Source: an uncultured Pseudomonadales bacterium (GTDB lineage Bacteria; Patescibacteriota; Microgenomatia; UBA1400; UBA12028). Taken from it: DNA of 64,000 nucleotides. Both the position numbers and the translations under genes were made by a program. A model generated the notes under the pieces. It searched no databases. It saw only the letters and a program-made list of their open reading frames with translations, and was not told the DNA's origin. Shown piece after piece: positions 46,711 through 55,354 of this stretch. Every line of letters starts with the position of its first letter. The first letter of the stretch is position 1. Where the stretch lies: positions 214,966 to 278,965 of the forward strand of contig CAZDWN010000001.1 of NCBI GenBank assembly GCA_964509365.1. Reading direction: 5' to 3'.

Positions 46711-47604
46711 CTATTTGTAGATTGCCCAAAGTCCAAGGAGCATGAGTACGAAAGCTCCAGCTTTCTTTAGGAGTGTCTCCCTGCTCGTGTCTTCCGTAAA
46801 ATACTTTGGCACGAATACACTCAGGACAATCGAGTAGAGTAAGACAAACACCGGTTGTATTCCGGATAAGACGCTTACGATCGAAACACTGCCGAGTGAG
46901 TATGCATAGAGGAGCAAAAATCGAAACGCGACGTAAAACACTTCGGAAGTCGCCAAGGCTCCGTATCCTGCTGTCGGCATTTTCTTAAAATACTTTTGAA
47001 TCTTTTTTGAATAGCCTGGCTGCAAGAACAACGTTGCCGTTCCCACTCCAATTCCGATACTTTCTATGGATATTGTTTGCATGACATTTGTGTCATTGAC
47101 GATACCCTTGAATAACACGGTCGACAGTGCAAACAGAAATGATGCGCTCATCATGAGCCAAAACACTTTTCGAAGCCGAAAGCTTCCTTTTTTCGAGACA
47201 CTCATCCACACTGCTCCAGCGAGAATACACACAAATCCAATGACCTGCATTCCCGCCAATTTTTCACCAAGATAGAGACTTGCAAGTAACAGTGAAAAGA
47301 TAGGGACCGCCTGTGCGAGAGGTACGACGGTGGACGCATCTTCGAGCTCCAATGACTGGAAATACGGGATCAAATAGTACTGCAAACACATACCAGCAAG
47401 GATGACTCGAAGCCACTCACCAGCGCTATATTGAGGCAAGCCCACAAACGGAAGCATGAGGAACCCAACAACTGCAGCGATACTCCCAGTGAATACGACT
47501 ACCACTGCAGAGTCTTTCAAATATTTATCCACCAACAATTTATCAGTGATATTTGCAACTGCGACGACCGCATATGCTAGAAGTGCATACAAGATCCAGC
47601 TCAT
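46711..47604 (-). CDS. EamA/DMT-superfamily transporter
   Basis: 297 aa, about 10 TM helices, two EamA-like halves. ATGA overlap with the upstream gene. Confidence 0.7.
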   Translation of the reverse strand: MSWILYALLAYAVVAVANITDKLLVDKYLKDSAVVVVFTGSIAAVVGFLMLPFVGLPQYSAGEWLRVILAGMCLQYYLIPYFQSLELEDASTVVPLAQAVPIFSLLLASLYLGEKLAGMQVIGFVCILAGAVWMSVSKKGSFRLRKVFWLMMSASFLFALSTVLFKGIVNDTNVMQTISIESIGIGVGTATLFLQPGYSKKIQKYFKKMPTAGYGALATSEVFYVAFRFLLLYAYSLGSVSIVSVLSGIQPVFVLLYSIVLSVFVPKYFTEDTSRETLLKKAGAFVLMLLGLWAIYK

Positions 47605-48527
47605 GGTTGTTCTGTCTCTTTGAGCGATACTCGGTACTTTTTCAAAAAGAAAATTGGTTTACACAGTTCCTTTGCATGTCGCAATCCCTCGATTCCAAGA
47701 TCTTGTTCATAGTTGATGAGTGTACACCCCATGGCCTCGAGACGAACGAATGCTTCGCGTTGCAAGAACTCGCCACATCCTCGGTACTTCATATTCCATT
47801 TTCCAAATTCGAGCATTGCATACTTGTGATTCACAACTCGAGAAAGAATATAGCCAATGAGTTTCCCTTCTACTCGCAAGCCAAACGCATTCATTTCATA
47901 GGAGTCAATTCCAGAAAACAGTTTTTGCGTCGCTTTATATTCATGCGCATTCTCAAGTGGGTTCTTGTCAAAATTATCAATCCAAAACTGGAACAGATCC
48001 AGAATTTCTTGCTGCACTGTTTTGTTTCGTAGATCCAATTCTTCGACTTGAGCAGTTTCACTATACATATCTAGGAACCGATAGACTTCTTGTCGTTTAC
48101 TTCGGTATTCACCGCCTACAAGCATAGAAAAAGCGTGGCAATCGATGACGTAATCAAAATCATCTCGACTTTCTTGGATAAGTAAGTCCGATTCACCAGA
48201 GAGCGATTCGATGCACGTTTTCGGAATGAGTTTCAGAAATGGTTTGAGTCCATTCTTCTTTGCCTCAGCCAGGAGCGTGTGAATGACCGTATCCACATTA
48301 TTTGTTCCTAAGAATGTGTAAAACATTTCAAGGTCCAAATAGTCTTGAAATTTGAGGACCAGATTTCCTGACAAAGTTGAGACTTCAACAAGATGATCGG
48401 TATCGTAACTCCATAGGCTCACAAAATCAAAATCGGAATAGGGAGGAAAAGGCCGTGTCAGGTCTTCAATATCTTTTTGGTCAGATAATTCCAGTTTTTT
48501 AAACTGTGGAAACTCAGGGATCATCAT
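47601..48527 (-). CDS. DUF2156 / lysyl-phosphatidylglycerol-synthase C-terminal-domain-like (GNAT-fold, possibly aminoacyl-tRNA-dependent transferase) protein
   Basis: 308-aa soluble protein. DFDFVSLWSYD and C-terminal ...YEQDLGIEGLRHAKELCKPIFFLKKY resemble the MprF C-terminal/DUF2156 family. The assignment is from memory of family motifs only. Confidence 0.4.
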   Translation of the reverse strand: MMIPEFPQFKKLELSDQKDIEDLTRPFPPYSDFDFVSLWSYDTDHLVEVSTLSGNLVLKFQDYLDLEMFYTFLGTNNVDTVIHTLLAEAKKNGLKPFLKLIPKTCIESLSGESDLLIQESRDDFDYVIDCHAFSMLVGGEYRSKRQEVYRFLDMYSETAQVEELDLRNKTVQQEILDLFQFWIDNFDKNPLENAHEYKATQKLFSGIDSYEMNAFGLRVEGKLIGYILSRVVNHKYAMLEFGKWNMKYRGCGEFLQREAFVRLEAMGCTLINYEQDLGIEGLRHAKELCKPIFFLKKYRVSLKETEQP

Positions 48528-48613
48528 GTAGTCTTTGCTTCGCGAAAAAGACCTTGTTGATTATATACCACAAGTCGCTTGACAGGATTGATCAAACTCA
48601 CTACGCTTGATAC

Positions 48614-49429
48614 ATGAGCTCTTTTGTGGCCGAGCACAAATACCATGTGGTGACGGGAATCTTCTTTTTAGCGCTGTCCGCCTGGTGGGTACACGTCCAA
48701 CCTGGGACGTTCGGAGAAACGGATCGCCAGCACTTCTCTGATTTGTATGGGATTATGGCTCTTTGGGGAGCTGTCTGGGGCATGAAGACTTCAAAAGACT
48801 GGGGTGGGACAAAGAGCTTATTTGGCAAAGCAATCCTCATGTTCTCACTCGGACTCTTGTTGCAGGAATTTGGTCAACTTGCCTACTCCTATTATAAGAA
48901 CTTCCTTCAAATCGAGATTCCTTACCCATCGCTGGGTGACTTGGGATATTTTGGAAGTATTCCCCTGTATGCCTATGGGGCGTATCTGCTCGCCCAGACT
49001 TCAGGCATCAAATTCGCAGTGCAATCAGGCTGGGACAAACTCAAAATTATCTTTTTCCCGATTGCTTTGCTGCTTATTTCGTACACCCTATTTTTGCGAG
49101 GCTATGAGTTTGACTGGACCAACCCATTAGTAATTTTCTTGGATTTTGGCTATCCATTAGGACAAGCAATCTATATCTCTATTGCCATAGTGACGTACAT
49201 CATGTGTCGGAAAATGCTTGGAGGAGTCATGCGCTCAAGAGTGTTATTGATTTTGGGAGCGTTCTTGCTCCAATATCTTGCTGACTTTACATTTTTGTAT
49301 CAAAATAGTCAGCAAACCTGGGAAGTTGGTCGAATTAACGATTACATGTATTTAGTAGCATATACTGCGATGACGATCGCATTACTCGAGCTTCGTCACG
49401 TGATCCTGAGGATCAGAAAAAGCGAGTAA
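48614..49429 (+). CDS. integral membrane protein (about 7-8 TM), hypothetical
   Basis: 271 aa, strongly hydrophobic with regularly spaced TM segments. Directly upstream of a small ORF and a TM-less histidine kinase. Confidence 0.5.
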   Translation: MSSFVAEHKYHVVTGIFFLALSAWWVHVQPGTFGETDRQHFSDLYGIMALWGAVWGMKTSKDWGGTKSLFGKAILMFSLGLLLQEFGQLAYSYYKNFLQIEIPYPSLGDLGYFGSIPLYAYGAYLLAQTSGIKFAVQSGWDKLKIIFFPIALLLISYTLFLRGYEFDWTNPLVIFLDFGYPLGQAIYISIAIVTYIMCRKMLGGVMRSRVLLILGAFLLQYLADFTFLYQNSQQTWEVGRINDYMYLVAYTAMTIALLELRHVILRIRKSE

Positions 49430-49434
49430 CGCCT

Positions 49435-49725
49435 ATGTTAAGTATTTCGGTAGCCAGTGACATCGCTCAAGCTATCGTAAACCATCAAAGTGCAATTATC
49501 GGGCCCTTGGCATACGAACAAGCAAAGAAGGTCCCGGGTATTGTTGTTTCTTCAAATACGGTAGAAGTCGAAAATAAAGAAGCTGACCCGTCCACACCAC
49601 TGACTGGACTGGTAAAAAAATATGAGGAGCTATTCGGGACTACGTCCATAGAAGTCTGTAAAGATGCCGTCCGCGAGCTAAAAATAAGTTTCTCTGCAAA
49701 CGATCTCCCTTCCATTCTGCAGTGA
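49435..49725 (+). CDS. small hypothetical protein (96 aa)
   Basis: ORF 6 nt after the membrane-protein stop. No recognisable motifs. Confidence 0.35.
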   Translation: MLSISVASDIAQAIVNHQSAIIGPLAYEQAKKVPGIVVSSNTVEVENKEADPSTPLTGLVKKYEELFGTTSIEVCKDAVRELKISFSANDLPSILQ

Positions 49726-49744
49726 CATCCGCTAGAGTAAAAGA

Positions 49745-51070
49745 ATGTCCGATCAACCTTCTGATATCGCCAAACAGCTCTACGAGCAAAATTTTCAGTT
49801 AGCGGTCAATAACAAGACACTTTCCATCATTTCCAAGCTCTATGAGATTACGATGAGCTCACTCGATGTGAAAGAAGTCTGTCAGAAGATTGTCGACACC
49901 CTTGTCTCCGAACTCAGTTTTAATGCTGCCATTCTCAATATCACAAGTGCGGAAAAAAATGAATTTTGCCCGCTCGCAATTACGAGGACACCGCAGGTCG
50001 AGCAAGCATTGGCACTTCTTGGCAAGCCACTCGAAGAAATTTGTCTTCCTCTCGGTTCAAATGAGAACTTAGTCGCGACCAGCATGCGAGACAATGATCG
50101 CAAGATTACTGGAAGCATGCTCGATATCCTCTTCCCCGTTGCGAGTCAGGAAGTGGCCGATCAAATCGAAAACTTGACTGGGATCAAAACGTTGATTATC
50201 TATCCAGTCTCTTTAGGGACCAAGATGATCGGAAGTCTCGTGGTCGGACTCGGGAAAAAAGCGGATGACCTTTCCAAAGCGGAAAAACAGACGCTCGAAG
50301 AAGTGATCAATTTGATCGCGATTGCGATCGAACGTGCCCAGTTACATCAAAGTGTCGAGAAAGCGAATGAGGATCTCAAAGCCTTGGATAAGCTCAAGGA
50401 TGAATTCCTTTCCATGGCTAGCCATGAGCTCAAGAGTCCTATGAATGCCGTCAAGAATTACCTGTGGATGTCTTTAAACAAGGGTTTAGAGAATCCCGAG
50501 CGACTCAAAGAATATTTGACCGTTGCGTATGAGCAAATTCAGCGCCTCACTTCACTCGTGAATGATTTGCTAGACGTATCCCGTATCGAGAGTGGTCGCA
50601 TCAAGCTCGAGATGATTGATATTGATTTGACCAAAGCAATCAAAGAGACACTCGAGATATTCGAGACCCAAGCAAAGAATAAGAATCTGGAACTGATTAA
50701 TAAAGTGACGGACCCGGTCACTATCAAAGCTGACGACACAAAAATTCGAGAGATACTCAACAATTTTGTCTCGAATGCGGTCAAATACACGCTAGCTGGA
50801 AGTGTCACAGTGAGTACCGAAAAGAAGGATGGATTCTTGCGAATAAACGTGAGTGACACCGGCTCGGGAATCACTCTTGAAGATCAACAGAAATTGTTTC
50901 AAAAATTCTCTCGCGTCAATGCAAGTTACAAAGGGTTGGCCGCTGTCGAAGGCACGGGCCTAGGCCTGTACATCACGAAGCAATTTATTGAGATGATGGG
51001 TGGAAACGTCGGACTCGACTCTGTTGTCGACAAAGGGACTACTTTCTGGGTCGAGCTCCCGACCACATAA
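49745..51070 (+). CDS. cytoplasmic sensor histidine kinase (GAF-like N-domain + HisKA + HATPase_c)
   Basis: H-box LSMASHELKSPMNAVKNY, N/G boxes (NFVSNAVKYT; DTGSGI; GTGLGLYITKQFIEMMGGNVGL). No TM helices. Confidence 0.8.
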   Translation: MSDQPSDIAKQLYEQNFQLAVNNKTLSIISKLYEITMSSLDVKEVCQKIVDTLVSELSFNAAILNITSAEKNEFCPLAITRTPQVEQALALLGKPLEEICLPLGSNENLVATSMRDNDRKITGSMLDILFPVASQEVADQIENLTGIKTLIIYPVSLGTKMIGSLVVGLGKKADDLSKAEKQTLEEVINLIAIAIERAQLHQSVEKANEDLKALDKLKDEFLSMASHELKSPMNAVKNYLWMSLNKGLENPERLKEYLTVAYEQIQRLTSLVNDLLDVSRIESGRIKLEMIDIDLTKAIKETLEIFETQAKNKNLELINKVTDPVTIKADDTKIREILNNFVSNAVKYTLAGSVTVSTEKKDGFLRINVSDTGSGITLEDQQKLFQKFSRVNASYKGLAAVEGTGLGLYITKQFIEMMGGNVGLDSVVDKGTTFWVELPTT

Positions 51071-51110
51071 CACTTTTCTGATCGACTGATCTCCTGATCC
51101 TACTGTTCAG

Positions 51111-52253
51111 CTATTTCAAATAGTTTCCAGGGTCTTGTGGCACTCCGCCAAGTCGCACTTCAAAGTGACAATGTGTTCCGGTCGAGCGGCCAGTACTCCC
51201 CATTTGCCCGAGGACATCGCCACGTTTCACCGTCTGCCCGACTTGGACCGAGATGACTGACATATGTCCATACAGTGTGACGAAGCCGTTTCCATGATCG
51301 ATCATGACACGATTACCATATCCTGAGTTATCGACCCATCCGGCCACAATGACTCGCCCACTGTCTGCGGCGAGGATCGGACCACCACTTCGGTTCGCGA
51401 TATCGAATGCTTTGTGGAAGAAACTAAAACCTTGCGTAATTCGACCCGCAGCTGGCCAAATAAACTGTCCTGAAGCACTGACAGCGCCTGCATTTGGGGT
51501 CAAACGAGCAGACACACGTGTGACTGGCGCATCGTCAGGAGCTGGCATTTCTCCCCCTGGCACGACCAAGTATTGCCCTACCTGTAAACCGAACTCATCA
51601 TTGGTAAATGTATTGAAAGGATAGTCGACGATCGGCTGTGCCCCCGAACCACAGTCATCGCCTTTTTCAATCAAGCCGTACAATCTCGCGATACTACAGA
51701 TCGTGTCACCCTTTTTCACTTTGTGATACACGCCGTCGACTGGCAAAATTTTCAGTTTCTGCCCTGGTTTAATTGGATCTTTTTCATTGATGTTATTGAG
51801 CCAGGTGATACTGGTGGTTTTGCTTAAACCGTATTTTTGAGCGATGCTTTTTAATGTCTCCCCTGATTCGACCGTGTGCTCGTAGATCTCTCCACCTCGA
51901 TAGCGCGACACGTCTTCACCTTGGACAGTCAAAAATCCACCCGCGTCCACTTCCTGACCAGATGCACTCAACAACACTCCAGATGGTAGCGTATCGACCA
52001 CCGTGCCTTCAGCTGCCTGACTTTGGACAATGCGAGGACCGATGGTGATCCCAAAAAACAAGGTTACAAACAAGACGACATGCAGAAATGGTCGAGCGTA
52101 CTTCCCACGCTTTTGATACAACAAATCGACGATGAGGTCTTTGACCGTCTCAAACTTTGAAAACAGTGAATAGGCTCGCTCTTTGACATATCGACGCGCG
52201 AAATCATTAAATGCGCGGAAATCCGATATGAACGTAGGCTCCGACGGTGACAT
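51111..52253 (-). CDS. membrane-anchored LysM-domain M23 family metallopeptidase
   Basis: N-terminal TM. Two LysM-like segments (GETLKSIAQKYGLS...KPGQKLKILP; KKGDTICSIARLYGL). C-terminal M23 motifs (HxxxD region GNRVMIDHGNGFVTLYGHMS; GSTGRSTGTHCHFEV). Confidence 0.8.
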   Translation of the reverse strand: MSPSEPTFISDFRAFNDFARRYVKERAYSLFSKFETVKDLIVDLLYQKRGKYARPFLHVVLFVTLFFGITIGPRIVQSQAAEGTVVDTLPSGVLLSASGQEVDAGGFLTVQGEDVSRYRGGEIYEHTVESGETLKSIAQKYGLSKTTSITWLNNINEKDPIKPGQKLKILPVDGVYHKVKKGDTICSIARLYGLIEKGDDCGSGAQPIVDYPFNTFTNDEFGLQVGQYLVVPGGEMPAPDDAPVTRVSARLTPNAGAVSASGQFIWPAAGRITQGFSFFHKAFDIANRSGGPILAADSGRVIVAGWVDNSGYGNRVMIDHGNGFVTLYGHMSVISVQVGQTVKRGDVLGQMGSTGRSTGTHCHFEVRLGGVPQDPGNYLK

Positions 52254-52255
52254 CT

Positions 52256-53788
52256 CTAGCCCTCCTTCAGGCTTGCCAAGAATTCTTTATTGCTCTTTGT
52301 TTTCTTGAGCTTGTCCAAGATGATAATGGTTCGTTCATCTTTGCCCAAGAGGTCAATCATGCGTCGCATGGTGATCACACTTTGGTAATCAGATTGAGTG
52401 AACAAGAGATCTTCGTTTCGTGTCCCTGAGTGTGGGATATCGATAGCTGGATAGACTCGTCGCTCAGTGAGATTGCGATCCAAGATCAATTCCATGTTAC
52501 CTGTTCCCTTGAACTCTTCATAGACGAGGTCATCCATACGTGAACCGGTATCCACTAATGCAGTCGCGATGATTGTCAAACTGCCATTCTTCTTTCCTTG
52601 AGGAGTATCAAATTCCTCGAAGTTTCGAGCAGCTCCAAAGAACTTCTTTGGTGGGTGCAATGCAGCCGGATCAAATCCTCCAGACAATGTACGTCCTGAA
52701 GTTGGGATTGCTAAGTTATATGCTCGAGCCAATCGAGTGATCGAGTCAAGAATGATAAACACGTGCTGGCCCATTTCCACCAAACGTTTTGCTCGTTCGA
52801 TCGCAATTTCACTGACACGCACTTGATCTTCTGGTGGTTCGTCAAAGTTACTGGCAGCGACTTCACCTTTGCCATTGGTGATTTTGGCAATATGGCGTCT
52901 GATATCCGTGACTTCTTCCGGGCGTTCACCGATGAGCACAGCCATCAAATGAATTTCAGGATAGTTCGCCGCGATTCCGGTCGAGATCTCTTTCATGATG
53001 GTCGTCTTACCTGCTTTTGGTGGAGAGACGATCATTCCGCGTTGCCCTCGTCCGATTGGAGCAACAAGATCGATCAGGCGGGTCGACAATGGTTCATTGC
53101 CACTCTCGAGTTTCAGATGTTCTTTTGGAAACACCGGAGTCAGACTTTGAAATTTGACGCGAGGGCCGACGAGCGCAGCTTCGATTCCGTTGACTTTATC
53201 GACTTTCAAAAGCCCCCAATATCGCTCATTTTCCTTTGGAGCTCGAGCTGGCCCTTCCACGATATCGCCAGGTCGCAATCCAAATCGTCGGATTTGTGAA
53301 GTGGAGATATAGGCATCACGGTCAGATGGCGAGAAATTACTTCGCAACACTCCGTGTCCGTCCGTACTCGTATCCAAGACACCAGTGATGATCTCTGCAT
53401 CGACGCCAGCATCAGGCAGTACTCGCCCATCGACTTCTCCAGCAAACTCAACTGATTTTGCAGGATCAATAAATCGATTTGGATTGTACTCACCAGGCAT
53501 TTGCCCTTCAGTATTTTCCTCGTACTCATTGCCTGGGCGAGGCCGTGAATATCGTCCACCGCCACGAGAGTTTCCTCGGCTGTAATTGCCTTCAGAGCTT
53601 CGACTTCGACTCGATGTTGGGCGAGCGCGATAGGAAGTAGATCGAGCATTGCTGCGAGGTTCACTGACCGCTTGAATCGGCTCTGGAGTTGGTGCGACTC
53701 GAGTCGGTGCACCGATAATGTCGTCAATATTGACTACTGGTTTTGCCGCTGGGGCTGGGACTGGTGAAGTTTGTATATCGTCGCTCAT
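52256..53788 (-). CDS. rho: transcription termination factor Rho with Arg/Ser/Gly-rich disordered N-terminal extension
   Basis: Start at MSDDIQ, preceded by AAGGAGG. CSD-like RNA-binding region (GVLRSNFSPSDRDAYISTSQIRRFGLRPGDIV). Walker A GRGQRGMIVSPPKAGKT. RecA-like ATPase core with Q/R loops. Confidence 0.85.
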   Translation of the reverse strand: MSDDIQTSPVPAPAAKPVVNIDDIIGAPTRVAPTPEPIQAVSEPRSNARSTSYRARPTSSRSRSSEGNYSRGNSRGGGRYSRPRPGNEYEENTEGQMPGEYNPNRFIDPAKSVEFAGEVDGRVLPDAGVDAEIITGVLDTSTDGHGVLRSNFSPSDRDAYISTSQIRRFGLRPGDIVEGPARAPKENERYWGLLKVDKVNGIEAALVGPRVKFQSLTPVFPKEHLKLESGNEPLSTRLIDLVAPIGRGQRGMIVSPPKAGKTTIMKEISTGIAANYPEIHLMAVLIGERPEEVTDIRRHIAKITNGKGEVAASNFDEPPEDQVRVSEIAIERAKRLVEMGQHVFIILDSITRLARAYNLAIPTSGRTLSGGFDPAALHPPKKFFGAARNFEEFDTPQGKKNGSLTIIATALVDTGSRMDDLVYEEFKGTGNMELILDRNLTERRVYPAIDIPHSGTRNEDLLFTQSDYQSVITMRRMIDLLGKDERTIIILDKLKKTKSNKEFLASLKEG

Positions 53789-54009
53789 GGCGACCTCCTT
53801 ACATGGTGCCCTGTGGCTCAAAAATGCCTACAGGAACGTATAATTATAGATTGCTTGGGAAAAAACTAGGTAATTCATGAAAAAGACAATGGTACTTGAG
53901 AAAAGCTATCGATGTCCAAATTGTCGGGAAACGTCAAACCAAGGAATAATCCTTGAAGATTGGGTTCATTATGCCCCGAAACTACGATTTTGTCAAGAAA
54001 GCCTGCCAC

Positions 54010-55326
54010 CTACTTGACTGGCTCCGCGATGACCAGAAACCGCTTCCAGCTCGTTCCCGGTGGCCAGCAGGTCTGTAAGATGATCTGATCCTTGTCAGTT
54101 TGAGGCAGCAAGAAGCTGACATCATTTGCGGCGACGATCTTCGTTTCCTTTACTTGGTAGTGAAACTCTTTCCCCCAAAACCAGACAGAAAATGTATCCC
54201 CGACGATCATATCTCGCAGCGCATAAAAGAGCGCATTGTATCGTTCGATATTCCATTCTCCGTTCGTAGAATGACCAAAGATAAAGATCGTTTTGTTTTG
54301 ACTATTTTCTTCACCTGGAAGGCCGGTACCCGCTGCATGAGCCACTCCCTTCTTCAGCGCAGCTGTATATTCCTTTTCATTCGCGGCGTCGACATTTGCG
54401 ATCACTTTTGAGTTCACTCCAATCTTTGGGATGATGATTTGAAATTGTTTGTCAGGATCAGGATTCGCGCTTGGGACAGGAGTCGGTTTGGTGTCGACAG
54501 CGACGTTACTTTCTTGCGCATGAGACGAGACGGTTGAGAGTGAGTAGGAGATTTTTTGAGCGATGCTTTGGATCTCAAGTGCGACCATTGGACCCACGGT
54601 CAGAAGCATGAGTACCAGTGAGCCAGCAAGCAATGCTTTTGAGGTAAATGAAACGAAATTAAATTTCGGAATGAATACTTTTGATGGCCAATTCACTGTA
54701 GGCAGCGAAATTTCAGGCATTCCCTTTCGAAGTTGTCGAATCTTCTTGAAGATTTGAATGGATTCAAATTTCGCTACTTCCAGTAGTGACTGCACTGAAT
54801 ACGGTGCAAACGTAGGGATCTCTCCTCGCTCGAAATACCCGTCTCGGTGATGCGTATGAAGGAGTGTCTTCGTCGGTTTCGGCACAGAAATTCTTGGCAC
54901 CACTGGTTTGACGGACGCGAGTTCACGCAGAATCGTATCCAACTCGATGAGTGGAATCTCGATGCGGACAAGTGCTGGATCATCTGCCACTTCACTGCGC
55001 ACCGTTTCTGGTTGTACGCTAATAGGTACGGGCGGTGAGCTTACCAGCTCAGTGCTCTGCGCAAACTCGCCGGTCTGCCCTCCAGACGAGTCTGCGCGCA
55101 AAACTGATACTGGTATGCTGACGGTTGGAAGTGGTTTTTCACCATGAATCGATGCCAAAATAGCACTGGCCTTCGGAGAGAGGTACGTGCGGGAAATATC
55201 TTCAGGGACTGGAGTGTTTACTTTCTCCTTGAGCTTTGCCGCAAAAACGGGCACATCAGAGAGGCCCGCTTGCGTACGGTCAAAGATCACGACAGAGATA
55301 GGTTTTTTTCCGATTAAGGTGGACAT
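54010..55326 (-). CDS. sortase-family transpeptidase with approx. 220-aa N-terminal cytoplasmic extension
   Basis: C-terminal sortase fold with catalytic His (IFIFGHST), Cys (LILQTCWPPGT) and Arg (SWKRFLVI). One TM (ALLAGSLVLMLLTVGPMVAL) after a long N-terminal region. Last gene of the LPXTG operon. Confidence 0.7.
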   Translation of the reverse strand: MSTLIGKKPISVVIFDRTQAGLSDVPVFAAKLKEKVNTPVPEDISRTYLSPKASAILASIHGEKPLPTVSIPVSVLRADSSGGQTGEFAQSTELVSSPPVPISVQPETVRSEVADDPALVRIEIPLIELDTILRELASVKPVVPRISVPKPTKTLLHTHHRDGYFERGEIPTFAPYSVQSLLEVAKFESIQIFKKIRQLRKGMPEISLPTVNWPSKVFIPKFNFVSFTSKALLAGSLVLMLLTVGPMVALEIQSIAQKISYSLSTVSSHAQESNVAVDTKPTPVPSANPDPDKQFQIIIPKIGVNSKVIANVDAANEKEYTAALKKGVAHAAGTGLPGEENSQNKTIFIFGHSTNGEWNIERYNALFYALRDMIVGDTFSVWFWGKEFHYQVKETKIVAANDVSFLLPQTDKDQIILQTCWPPGTSWKRFLVIAEPVK

Positions 55327-55354
55327 AGGGCAGTATGTCTAACGATGATTCTGT

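Noticed and set aside
53878-54018. Approx. 46-codon ORF with CPNC and a third Cys (MKKTMVLEKSYRCPNCRETSNQG...) between rho and the sortase gene
   Set aside because: Only three Cys and no RBS; insufficient support for a zinc-ribbon protein. Left as unannotated intergenic sequence.
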